Shown piece after piece: positions 9,200 through 17,375 of a DNA stretch of 56,858 bases. Origin of the DNA: Thermodesulfobacteriota bacterium (lineage in GTDB: Bacteria; Desulfobacterota; Desulfobulbia; Desulfobulbales; SURF-16); contig JBFMAY010000009.1 of NCBI GenBank assembly GCA_040755455.1, forward strand, positions 1 to 56,858. The letters run 5' to 3'. The position numbers were made by a program, and so were the translations under genes. The notes beneath the pieces were generated by a model. It was not told where the DNA came from and ran no database searches. It worked only from the letters and a program-made list of their open reading frames with translations. Within the stretch, counting starts at the first letter, position 1. Each line of letters opens with the position of its first letter.

Positions 9200-9835
9200 A
9201 TGATGAGAAAAAAGCTGCTTATTCCAGCTGCCCTGTTCCTGTGGACAGCGTCAGCCGGCATGGCTAATGCCACGTATTATCACTTCGAAGACGATAGGCT
9301 TTGCGATGTGAATTTTGATGCCAACAATACTGATTCAAACGATACAATATACACAACATACACATGGAAATTTAATCTGAATGATGACATGATGGATCTT
9401 TGGGAGATATTCCCCCCTCCCTCCCCGACTGAACCCTATGATTTTTCAAAGCTGAATCCAATTTACGCGGGAAAGGGGAACATGGACACTGATGACATTC
9501 TTCATCGCGCTTACCTTACCATGAAGTTTAAGTACGTGAATATTGATAAGGAGGTTGAGGAAATTGATCTTTTGTTTGACAGCTCTACGTACTGGACCGA
9601 ATATACCATCTCACAAGGAGGGACTGGCATCATTAATGTAAAGTCTTATTTGTATGATGATCATACAATGGACGTTATAATGATTGCTAATTTTGGGGAT
9701 TTTACCGTAGATTTTATGAATCTCAGCGGCTGTTATCAAACCGCCCCGGTCCCCGAACCTGCCACCATGCTGCTTTTCGGCACCGGGCTCGCCGGGCTTG
9801 CCGGTTTTGCCAGGAAAAAATCAAAGAAAGGTTGA
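9200..9835 (+). CDS. PEP-CTERM sorting domain protein
   Basis: Signal peptide ending ANA; C-terminal VPEPATMLLFGTGLAGLAGFARKK; RBS GGAGGA before ATG 9200. Confidence 0.92.
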   Translation: MMRKKLLIPAALFLWTASAGMANATYYHFEDDRLCDVNFDANNTDSNDTIYTTYTWKFNLNDDMMDLWEIFPPPSPTEPYDFSKLNPIYAGKGNMDTDDILHRAYLTMKFKYVNIDKEVEEIDLLFDSSTYWTEYTISQGGTGIINVKSYLYDDHTMDVIMIANFGDFTVDFMNLSGCYQTAPVPEPATMLLFGTGLAGLAGFARKKSKKG

Positions 9836-9888
9836 TGCCGATCCCTGCCGGAGAGATTGCTTTTTGCACCTAATCTCTCTATGGGTCC

Positions 9889-9919
9889 AAAAGGGGATGC
9901 TGCCTTGGCAGCATCCCCT
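9889..9919 (-). terminator. Intrinsic terminator between convergent genes
   Basis: AGGGGATGCTGCC-TT-GGCAGCATCCCCT hairpin with a T-run on the minus strand. Confidence 0.7.
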
Positions 9920-9926
9920 ATCCCGC

Positions 9927-10697
9927 CTATTTTGCCCCGAACACCCGTTTCAGCAGGTCAGTGGTCTGTCTGGCCGGATTTTCGCGGATGGCGGCTTCCT
10001 CCTTGGCCACATAAAAGAAAATGCCGTCCAGCCCTTTTTGCACGGTGTAGCTGGTTAAATCGGCATTGACATCCGGCGCGAAGGGGAGGGCCTTGTATTG
10101 CCCCATGACGTTATTATAGGATTGCACCGCCCCGACCTGTGACAGGCTCTGTTCAACAACAGGCTTCATTTCCTTGGCCAGGTCAGGGGACATCTTGCGC
10201 TGGAAATATTTGGTTGCCGAGTCTTTCGGGCCTTTATAGATTTTCATGACATCATCAAAGGTCATGGCGGTAATGGCCTGCCAGAAAAGTTCCTTTGCCT
10301 TCGGAGTGGCAGCCTCGGCCGCCCGGTTCAGCTTCAGCTCGAGATCGTCGAGAAGATTGGACATGCCGACCTGGGACAACATTTTTTTTGCGGTATCGAG
10401 TTGAGATGGCAGGGGGATATGGATGGATGGGTCGGTATTAAAGCCGTCAGGACTGCCCAGTTTGCTCACGACATTTTCCGTGCCGATGTGCAGCGCATCC
10501 TTGAAGGCCCCGCCGATTTCTTCATTGGAAAGGCTGCTTGACCCTGTTTTCGACTGGGCTGCGCCGAGAATTTTCGATCCCTGCTCAAGCCAGCTGCCTT
10601 GTGCATGAATCGCAGCGGGCAGCAAAGGAATAGTCATGCAGCCTGAAATGGTGATTACAGTCGCCAGTTTCTGGAAATTTTTAACCGTGATAGACAT
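9927..10697 (-). CDS. DUF4197 family exported protein
   Basis: LNRAAEAA, SATKYF and GIFFYVAKEEAAIRENPARQTTDLLKRVF motifs. Confidence 0.9.
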   Translation of the reverse strand: MSITVKNFQKLATVITISGCMTIPLLPAAIHAQGSWLEQGSKILGAAQSKTGSSSLSNEEIGGAFKDALHIGTENVVSKLGSPDGFNTDPSIHIPLPSQLDTAKKMLSQVGMSNLLDDLELKLNRAAEAATPKAKELFWQAITAMTFDDVMKIYKGPKDSATKYFQRKMSPDLAKEMKPVVEQSLSQVGAVQSYNNVMGQYKALPFAPDVNADLTSYTVQKGLDGIFFYVAKEEAAIRENPARQTTDLLKRVFGAK

Positions 10698-11023
10698 AGG
10701 GCACCTCACTCATCAATAGTATTTATCTGATTTGGTTTACTGCTGCATTTGTTTGATCAAAAGGATATGAACATTTGTTGCGATGGTTACAGGGAAAAAG
10801 AGTTTCTCCTGCAGCCGGTTGCCGATGAATTTGATCGGCTTCACAATCCCCAGGGCCTGTCGCTTTGCCGGGTGAAATCTATTCTGTTATTGGTCACGAT
10901 GTCTGTTGTTCCTTTGCCGCTGCCATCAACGAGGGCTGCTCTTCCTCCCATGTCAAACACTAGTAGTTTCATAGGGCAAAAGGCAAGTGTTAAACCGATA
11001 AAACAGGTGGCAAGGGCTGTTTT

Positions 11024-11710
11024 TCATCCTCTGCCCCCAGCGAAACGTATGCGGCCGAAACATCGCGGCAGGTGAAAGTTCAATTCATCCACCGGCGACC
11101 AGGCGGCCCAGTGCGGGTGGGAGGTTTCATCCCCGCATTTATAAAAATTGGCCCGCCAGACCCGGCCTGCCGGATCCCCCAGCGGACCGGCATACTGCTC
11201 CAGCAGGGCAAACGGGATGCGGAATTCAATGAGCCAGGTGACGTCATCACACATCTCCGGCTCGACCAGTGGCGGCAGGGAATGATAGATGCTTACCAGG
11301 CTGCCCTGTCCGGCTGTCAAGCGGGTGAAATCCTTGAAACCGTGTTCCACCCGGGTGGGGTCGATAATGTAGGAGGCCAGCATGGCCCCGCCGCAGTTGA
11401 ACTCAAAGTTGAAATAACCGCTGTCTGTTGTCGGCTGGACGAAAAACTCGACGCAGCTGTCCTTGTATACCGCCTGCTGAAACCGCTCATGAACACAGCG
11501 GACATAGCGGTCCCTGACGCGGAAAAATCCATGCAATGCCGCGGGACTGCGGAGCAGTTTCGCCTCGGTCCGCGGGTGATGGTCTGTGCTTTCCGGCCGG
11601 AAGGCGGCGACAGGTAAAACCGGGGCCTGCCGCCAGACGGGGCTGTCCCATTGTTTCTGCAGCTCCAGGGCATGGGGCACGGATAACACCGTGTATTCTG
11701 GGAGTGACAT
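11024..11710 (-). CDS. Carbohydrate-binding family 9-like protein
   Basis: VYKDSCVEFF, YFNFEFNCGG, WRANFYKCGD and NFHLPRCFG motifs. Confidence 0.85.
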   Translation of the reverse strand: MSLPEYTVLSVPHALELQKQWDSPVWRQAPVLPVAAFRPESTDHHPRTEAKLLRSPAALHGFFRVRDRYVRCVHERFQQAVYKDSCVEFFVQPTTDSGYFNFEFNCGGAMLASYIIDPTRVEHGFKDFTRLTAGQGSLVSIYHSLPPLVEPEMCDDVTWLIEFRIPFALLEQYAGPLGDPAGRVWRANFYKCGDETSHPHWAAWSPVDELNFHLPRCFGRIRFAGGRG

Positions 11711-11809
11711 GATCAATCTTAACAAGTCATTGCGGGTTGCGAGGTGGTTGGTGATGGGCCGCGGCGGTCAGGCGCGGCTTCTCGGCCACAGGATTTGTTG
11801 CAACAGCTG

Positions 11810-11995
11810 TCACTTTCCTGGCTCAATATGGCCGGTGCCGTGGCAGGTCGGGCATGGCACCTCGGGGGTGCACTGGCAGTCCTCCCAGTTTTCTCCGGTC
11901 TGGGTGCCGCGCCACTCCATGCTGCATTCGCAGGTGCCGGCAATAACCTTTTTCCCCTGGCATGCGGGGCATATCGTTGTGGTTTTCTGTGGCAT
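11810..11995 (-). CDS. Small DnaJ-type zinc-finger (CxxCxGxG) protein, 61 aa
   Basis: CPACQGKK...CEC...CQC...CPTCHGTG; AAGGAG RBS before ATG 11995. Confidence 0.75.
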   Translation of the reverse strand: MPQKTTTICPACQGKKVIAGTCECSMEWRGTQTGENWEDCQCTPEVPCPTCHGTGHIEPGK

Positions 11996-12066
11996 GATCG
12001 ACTCCTTCTGCTTTGTTGTTTTAAGCCACCCGGACGCGGGCAGATCCCGGCGCCGGGGACGGTTTT

Positions 12067-12744
12067 CTATGGCCTTTCGGCTGATGTGAGGGCAAAGTTG
12101 TACAGCCGCCAATGACAGGCTGTTTGGGTGAAACCGGCTTCCCGCAGCCAGGAAAAATGATCCGTCAAGGTCATGGGGTGGTCTTTTTCACGATGTTTCG
12201 CGTACCAGAACTCCGGGTCCTCCCCCTGGGCCGCCATGAATTTCTTCCACAGGCAGTAGTGATCCTCTGTCACTGCCGGGTCCTCATCGATAATGATATC
12301 CCTGGCAATAAATTTTCCTCCACTGTTGAGGGCTTGGTAGATGCTCCGATAAAAGGGCCTTCTTTCCTGCCAGGTGAGATGATGCAGGGTGAGCCCGGCC
12401 AGGATGATATCATAGCCGCTGCCGAGCGGGTCAACACGGAAATCGCCGGATTGCAGGGAAAACCTGTCAGCAAAGCGGGCCAGTTTTTTCCTGTAGGCCT
12501 GCAGCATGTTTTCCGTCAGATCAAAGCCGACGATACGGGCGCGGGGAAGTTTGTGGAAAACCAGTTCCGAGAGAATGCCGTTGCCGCATCCCAGGTCAAG
12601 CACCCGGTATTGTCTGTCCTCATCCGGCAGCAGATCCTGTATAACCTGGTGCTGGAAAAGATATTGCGGGACAAGCCTCACCATCAGCTCTTCATATTCA
12701 TCCGCCTGCCGGGCAAAATGTTCCTGCACCTGGCGCTGTTTCAT
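12067..12744 (-). CDS. Class I SAM-dependent methyltransferase
   Basis: VLDLGCGNG and LTLHHL motifs; AAGGAG RBS. Confidence 0.9.
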   Translation of the reverse strand: MKQRQVQEHFARQADEYEELMVRLVPQYLFQHQVIQDLLPDEDRQYRVLDLGCGNGILSELVFHKLPRARIVGFDLTENMLQAYRKKLARFADRFSLQSGDFRVDPLGSGYDIILAGLTLHHLTWQERRPFYRSIYQALNSGGKFIARDIIIDEDPAVTEDHYCLWKKFMAAQGEDPEFWYAKHREKDHPMTLTDHFSWLREAGFTQTACHWRLYNFALTSAERP

Positions 12745-13294
12745 GCTGCTCCTTCAATCACAGGGCTTGCCGGTCGCTGCAGGGAAGAGGACCGTCCCGT
12801 TTACCTTTGCAAAGAGTCATCCTGATAAAGCCATAATTTATAAATTTACTCATAAAACGCGGCAAAAGTAAGGTAAAAAAAAGAGAAAATCATAGCTTGT
12901 TTATCTGTCAGGATTTATTTGGGCGAAATCAGGTCCTTCTCCATGAAACGGCAGGATGGGAAAAGGAGGCGCCGTAAAATGCAGACGCTGCGGTTTTTTG
13001 AAGATAAGGCCGGCGGAAAGCGCGAGACGATTTTTGTGTTTCCCTTTCATACATTAGCAGTTTTTTCTTGCAAAATAACCCTTGGCGAGTTTGGGTATTT
13101 CTGAGATAATATTCATTTTGCAGAAAATATGGCGGAAGGGATACGGAAGGAAATTGCCTTCCTGCCCTAGTGGCTTGGGTTTGAATGGTACTCAGTTGGT
13201 CCTTTTCACATATTTCCATTTATTGATGTTTAATATCGCAATAAGTGGAAAATCTGTCCGTCTATATGGGTTATTATTATGGAAAGTTTCCACT

Positions 13295-13513
13295 TATCAA
13301 CAAGATAAGCTGACCGTGAGCTCCGCTGCGCTACGCCCACAGTCAGCTTATCGTCGGCTGTTGCGCTTCGCTCGAACGCTCCTTGACAGGCTCCGCTCAC
13401 GCTCCGCCTATCAAGGGCCTTCGAGCCGACTGCGATTCTCGGCACGAGAAGGAAAAAACGGACTTTCCTTCTCGTGCTTGCGAGTCTCGCGGCTCAACAG
13501 CCGACGGTTCTGC
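13295..13513 (+). repeat. Long branched attC-like palindromic element upstream of the cassette
   Basis: Inverted repeats GATAAGCTGAC/GTCAGCTTATC, CGTCGGCTGTTG/CAACAGCCGACG and GCACGAGAAGGAAA/TTTCCTTCTCGTGC; ends in GTT at 13507. Confidence 0.6.
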
Positions 13514-14848
13514 AGTCATAAAGAATAATGGAGATATGAAATGTTATTTGGAATGGATCGAGAGCTTGCGATAAACAAGTCTGGCGTGCGGAAGATATTC
13601 ACTCCACATACACCCATTCAAAGTATTGACCTTTTCTTTGGTCGTCAGTCAGAAATACAACGAATAATTGAGCACCTAAATACACCTGGTCAACATTCTC
13701 TCCTGTTTGGAGAAAGAGGGGTGGGTAAAAGCTCATTAGCCAACGTTGCATGCGAATTATTATTGAAGCATCTTGTTAAAGGTAAATTTTTCAAGAAACG
13801 CTGCGACAGCGGTGACACCTTCCCAAGTATCGTTGCAACTTTGTTATGTGAAATAGGAATTGATATTTATGTTTCACAAAGTGAAAAAATGAAATGCGAA
13901 GGAGGCAAGGCAGGCTTGTCAATTCCTTTGGCAAGCGCTTCTGTTGACACCCAAACAACCAATAAAACGATCAATCAAGGATTCCTTGATCGGGCAAATT
14001 CGCCGAGCTGGGTAGCTGAACAATTAAAAAACCTAGACGGGTTATTTCTTCTTGATGAGATAGATGCTTTGTCAAACTCTGAAGACAAGAAAAAAATTGC
14101 TGAATTGGTAAAGCTATTAAGTGATGAAAATTCTCCGCTAAAGATTCTTATTGTCGGAATAGCCGAGTCTAGTTCAGATCTTACAGCCGGTCATCCTTCA
14201 GTGCAAAGATGTCTTCGTGAAACGCGCTTAGGCAGAATGAGTCCGGAAGAGTTGTCGCAAATTATTGTTGAAGGGCAGAAAAAACTGAAAATAAATTTTT
14301 CATCTACAGCAATCAAACGTATCGTTTCTGTTAGCTCGGGATATCCACATTTCACACACTTATTGGCCCTCAAATCAGCGGAAGATGCAATATCTGATAA
14401 GAAAAAAGATATAAATGTGGCGGATGTTGAAAAATCAACTAGGAGAGCTGTTGAAGATGCTGAAGGTTCGCTAAAAAGGGCTTACGATGAAGCGGTAAGA
14501 TCCTTTACCACAGATACTTATAAAAAAATTCTACTCGCAGCATCAATTTGCAAAGAAGAAGAAATCAGATCAAATGAGTTGCGAAAGGCATTTCAATCTC
14601 TTTGGGGGGCTCAAATAACCCAAGGAAGTTTAAGTAATTATCTTAAAAGGTTAGTAGCTGAAGACTCCTCTGCAATACTTAGAAGGATTGCGAAAGGTGT
14701 TTACAGGTTCTCAGACCCGCGCATGCCTAGTTATATCAGGATCGCACAGGCACATTTAATAGAAATTGCAGAACCAGACGCTTGAGTGGACGCGAAGAAA
14801 CTCGGCGGCCTTGCGGTCAAGTTCTTTGGCGCGCCACTTAGCTTAACG
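13508..14848 (+). mobile_element. Integron-type gene cassette carrying an AAA+ ATPase
   Basis: 5' G|TTCTGCA is complementary to TGCAGAAC at the 3' attC; single AT-rich ORF with a very short leader. Confidence 0.75.
13541..14785 (+). CDS. AAA+ ATPase (ORC/Cdc6/STAND-like) with C-terminal winged helix
   Basis: FFGR, Walker A GERGVGKSS, Walker B LLDEID, SGYPHFTHLL, GVYRFSDP; lower GC than its flanks. Confidence 0.88.
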   Translation: MLFGMDRELAINKSGVRKIFTPHTPIQSIDLFFGRQSEIQRIIEHLNTPGQHSLLFGERGVGKSSLANVACELLLKHLVKGKFFKKRCDSGDTFPSIVATLLCEIGIDIYVSQSEKMKCEGGKAGLSIPLASASVDTQTTNKTINQGFLDRANSPSWVAEQLKNLDGLFLLDEIDALSNSEDKKKIAELVKLLSDENSPLKILIVGIAESSSDLTAGHPSVQRCLRETRLGRMSPEELSQIIVEGQKKLKINFSSTAIKRIVSVSSGYPHFTHLLALKSAEDAISDKKKDINVADVEKSTRRAVEDAEGSLKRAYDEAVRSFTTDTYKKILLAASICKEEEIRSNELRKAFQSLWGAQITQGSLSNYLKRLVAEDSSAILRRIAKGVYRFSDPRMPSYIRIAQAHLIEIAEPDA

Positions 14849-14854
14849 TTCCCG
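14768..14854 (+). other. attC recombination site
   Basis: R'' GCAGAAC, inner arms CTTGAGTGG...CCACTTAG, R' GTT at 14848; overlaps the ORF stop. Confidence 0.75.
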
Positions 14855-15059
14855 ACGACGCAGTCCCCGGGAACGAAGTCATACCTTTAGGCGAACTGCT
14901 GATAGCTGCCGCTGCATTCGCCGTTAAATGAGTAAAATAGGGTGGAACCAGAGACAGGACATAGCGTTATAATTACTATGATGAAGATCCCGAACCGTAA
15001 CACCAGGCACCTGCCACCCCGGCCATCTTCGCCCAACATATCGAGATGAATATAAAAAG

Positions 15060-17153
15060 ATGAAACAATTACCCGATGCGCTCCGTCATTTGTTGTCGCA
15101 GACCCGCCACCTGCCGGCCCTCATCATCCTCTGCCTGGTCACTCTGTCTTTGAACGGCATGAGCAGCAACGTTTCAGCCGAGGAAACCGTCCAGCAGGAA
15201 ACCCTGTCCCCAACCGGCGCAGCCGAGAACAGCGTTACCGTTGCCTCCGTCAGCACGGATGCCCTCTATGGCTACCTGGCCCACGAGATGGACCGCTGGA
15301 CCGCTGGCACGGTGGTTTATGACGAGCATGACAGCGGCGCGGCCGGTTTTTATCCCATCAACTGGTCGGGCGAGGTGAACGATCTCACCCTGGCCCCTGA
15401 CAGCCGGGAAAGCCCTTTTTCCGGCGATACCTGCCTGCGCGTCACCTATCAGCCGGAAAAAAGAAGAGGCTGGGCCGGAGTGACCTGGGCCTATCCCAAT
15501 GTGAGCGGAGGAAACTGGGGAGAGCGCCGCGGCCGGGTCTTGGTGGGGGCCACCGAACTGACCGGTTGGATTCGCGGCAAAGCCGGCGGGGAGCGGGTCA
15601 GAATCGAGGCCGGCGGCATCAATGAGAAGGCCGGCAGCGATTCCGCCCAGCCGAACCGCGATACCCTGCCCCGGCTGAAAACCGAACCGAAAGTCCTGAA
15701 ACTGACAACCGGCTGGCAGCCGTTTAAAATTCCGATGCCGCCGGGGGCAAACCTCACCGGGGTGATCGGCGGGTTTTCCCTCTTTTTTGAGGCGGGGCAA
15801 AATCCCGACGGCGCCACGGTCTATCTCGATGATGTCAGGTACAACAATGCCGACCGGAACATGCTGCGGCTGCTCAAATCATACCGGGCAACGGCGGCCG
15901 CGGAGGACAAGTCGCTGCGCAATGCCGCCTTTCTGTACGACAATGCCCTGACCCTGCTGGCCTATCTGGCCAAAGGTGACGCAGACAGCGCGAGGCGGGG
16001 GAAAATCCTGGCCGATACCCTGGTGTGGCTGCAGAATCATGACCGCTATTACCGGGACGGCAGGTGGCGCAATGCCTATCTGGCCGGTCCGCTCAATGAA
16101 CTTTCCGGTGAAATGGCCCGGCTGCCCGGCTGGTGGCAGATTCCGGCAGATGGGGCGCCGCACGGTTCCCCTGCCGCCTGGGTGGAGGACAGATACCAGG
16201 TCAGCTCTGATACAGGCAATATGGCCTGGACCGTCATCGCCCTGCTGGCCGCCCATCGCAAGTATTCGCTGCCCGGCCGGGAAATGCCGTACCTGCGCGC
16301 GGCACTGCAGGGAGCAGAGTGGATTGAGCGCCATTGCCGGGTCGACGAAACAGCCGGCAATGCAGAAACCCTGGTGGGCAAAGGCGGCGGCTATTGCGGC
16401 GGTTTCGACGGCTGGGAGGACGACGGCAGCGGTGGCGGGCCGAGGCGCTTACTGTGGCGCAGCACCGAACACAACATCGATCTCTTTGTTGCCTTCATGC
16501 AGCTGGCCGATGTCACCAATGATCCGGTCTGGCTTGCGCGGGCAAGGCATGCCCGCAGTTTTGTCCTGAAGATGTATGATCCCCAGGAGGGCCGTTTCCT
16601 GGCAGGGGCCAGTGACCTTGACGGCTCGGTTAACCGCGATGTGGCGCCGCTGGACGTGCAGACCTGGGCCCTGCTGGCCATGGGCCATGACCCGGAGTTC
16701 CGCAGAGTCATCGGCTGGCAGGATGATACAGTGCTTCCTGCCCCCGTCCAGTGGCTTGAGGCCAATGTGCGGGAATTGCAGCCGGAGCCCGCCTGTGGCG
16801 GCACATTCGGCTACAGATTCAGCCGGGAAGGGAAGGGGATCTGGTTTGAGGGCACGGCCCAGGTGGCCGCCGTCTATAATTTTCTCGGCCGGCAGGAGCA
16901 GGCGGAGCAGATCATCAGGTATCTGGCCAGTCCGGTTTTTGTTGCGGAGAGCAACCACGGCAGGGACCGGGGGGCGGGCATGTATGCCGCCTGTCCGGAT
17001 CAGGCCGAGACAGGCTTCCAAAAGGAGTTGGAGGGCTGGGCGGGGCAGTGGATCTATCCCCGGCGGCTGCACATCGGCGCAACCTCCTGGTATCTTTTTG
17101 CCCGGTACGGCGTCAATCCCTTCTGGCTGAAACTGTTTCCCAAGTCGCCCTGA
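15060..17153 (+). CDS. Exported protein with CBM-like domain and (alpha/alpha)-barrel glycosidase-like domain
   Basis: Signal peptide; GWAGV...GNWG...VYLDDVRY (CBM11-like); YDNAL, GNMAW, STEHNID, LDVQTW and WFEGT motifs. Confidence 0.65.
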   Translation: MKQLPDALRHLLSQTRHLPALIILCLVTLSLNGMSSNVSAEETVQQETLSPTGAAENSVTVASVSTDALYGYLAHEMDRWTAGTVVYDEHDSGAAGFYPINWSGEVNDLTLAPDSRESPFSGDTCLRVTYQPEKRRGWAGVTWAYPNVSGGNWGERRGRVLVGATELTGWIRGKAGGERVRIEAGGINEKAGSDSAQPNRDTLPRLKTEPKVLKLTTGWQPFKIPMPPGANLTGVIGGFSLFFEAGQNPDGATVYLDDVRYNNADRNMLRLLKSYRATAAAEDKSLRNAAFLYDNALTLLAYLAKGDADSARRGKILADTLVWLQNHDRYYRDGRWRNAYLAGPLNELSGEMARLPGWWQIPADGAPHGSPAAWVEDRYQVSSDTGNMAWTVIALLAAHRKYSLPGREMPYLRAALQGAEWIERHCRVDETAGNAETLVGKGGGYCGGFDGWEDDGSGGGPRRLLWRSTEHNIDLFVAFMQLADVTNDPVWLARARHARSFVLKMYDPQEGRFLAGASDLDGSVNRDVAPLDVQTWALLAMGHDPEFRRVIGWQDDTVLPAPVQWLEANVRELQPEPACGGTFGYRFSREGKGIWFEGTAQVAAVYNFLGRQEQAEQIIRYLASPVFVAESNHGRDRGAGMYAACPDQAETGFQKELEGWAGQWIYPRRLHIGATSWYLFARYGVNPFWLKLFPKSP

Positions 17154-17375
17154 ACCGTTTTCGTTTAGCCATCCGCTACACCAATCCCTGAACAAGCCAT
17201 GGCGCCACCATCGAGACAAAGCCGGCGCTGGTGGCCCCGGCCAGGTATTGCCGGCCTCGCTGTATTCCCTGGCTGCGTCGAGGCAGGTTTTGTTGATTGA
17301 TTTCATGATGATTTTCATTACAATGGCACAGGGAGTTTTTTCGACAATCTCACTTACACGTGCGGGACATCCGGT

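Noticed and set aside
10749..11075. 108-aa + strand ORF
   Set aside because: TTG start, no RBS or motifs; lies in the promoter region of the DUF4197 gene.
11830..11860. CxxCH heme-binding motif (CPTCH)
   Set aside because: Part of a CxxCxGxG zinc-finger repeat in a protein with no signal peptide.
12745..12835. SAM-I riboswitch before the methyltransferase
   Set aside because: TTATCAGGA resembles the P1 start, but the GCAACC, GTGC and AGATG core elements are absent.
13082..13528. 148-aa ORF upstream of the ATPase
   Set aside because: Reads through the palindromic element (Arg/Ser/Ala-rich) and has a TTG start; only the 5' part could be a remnant.
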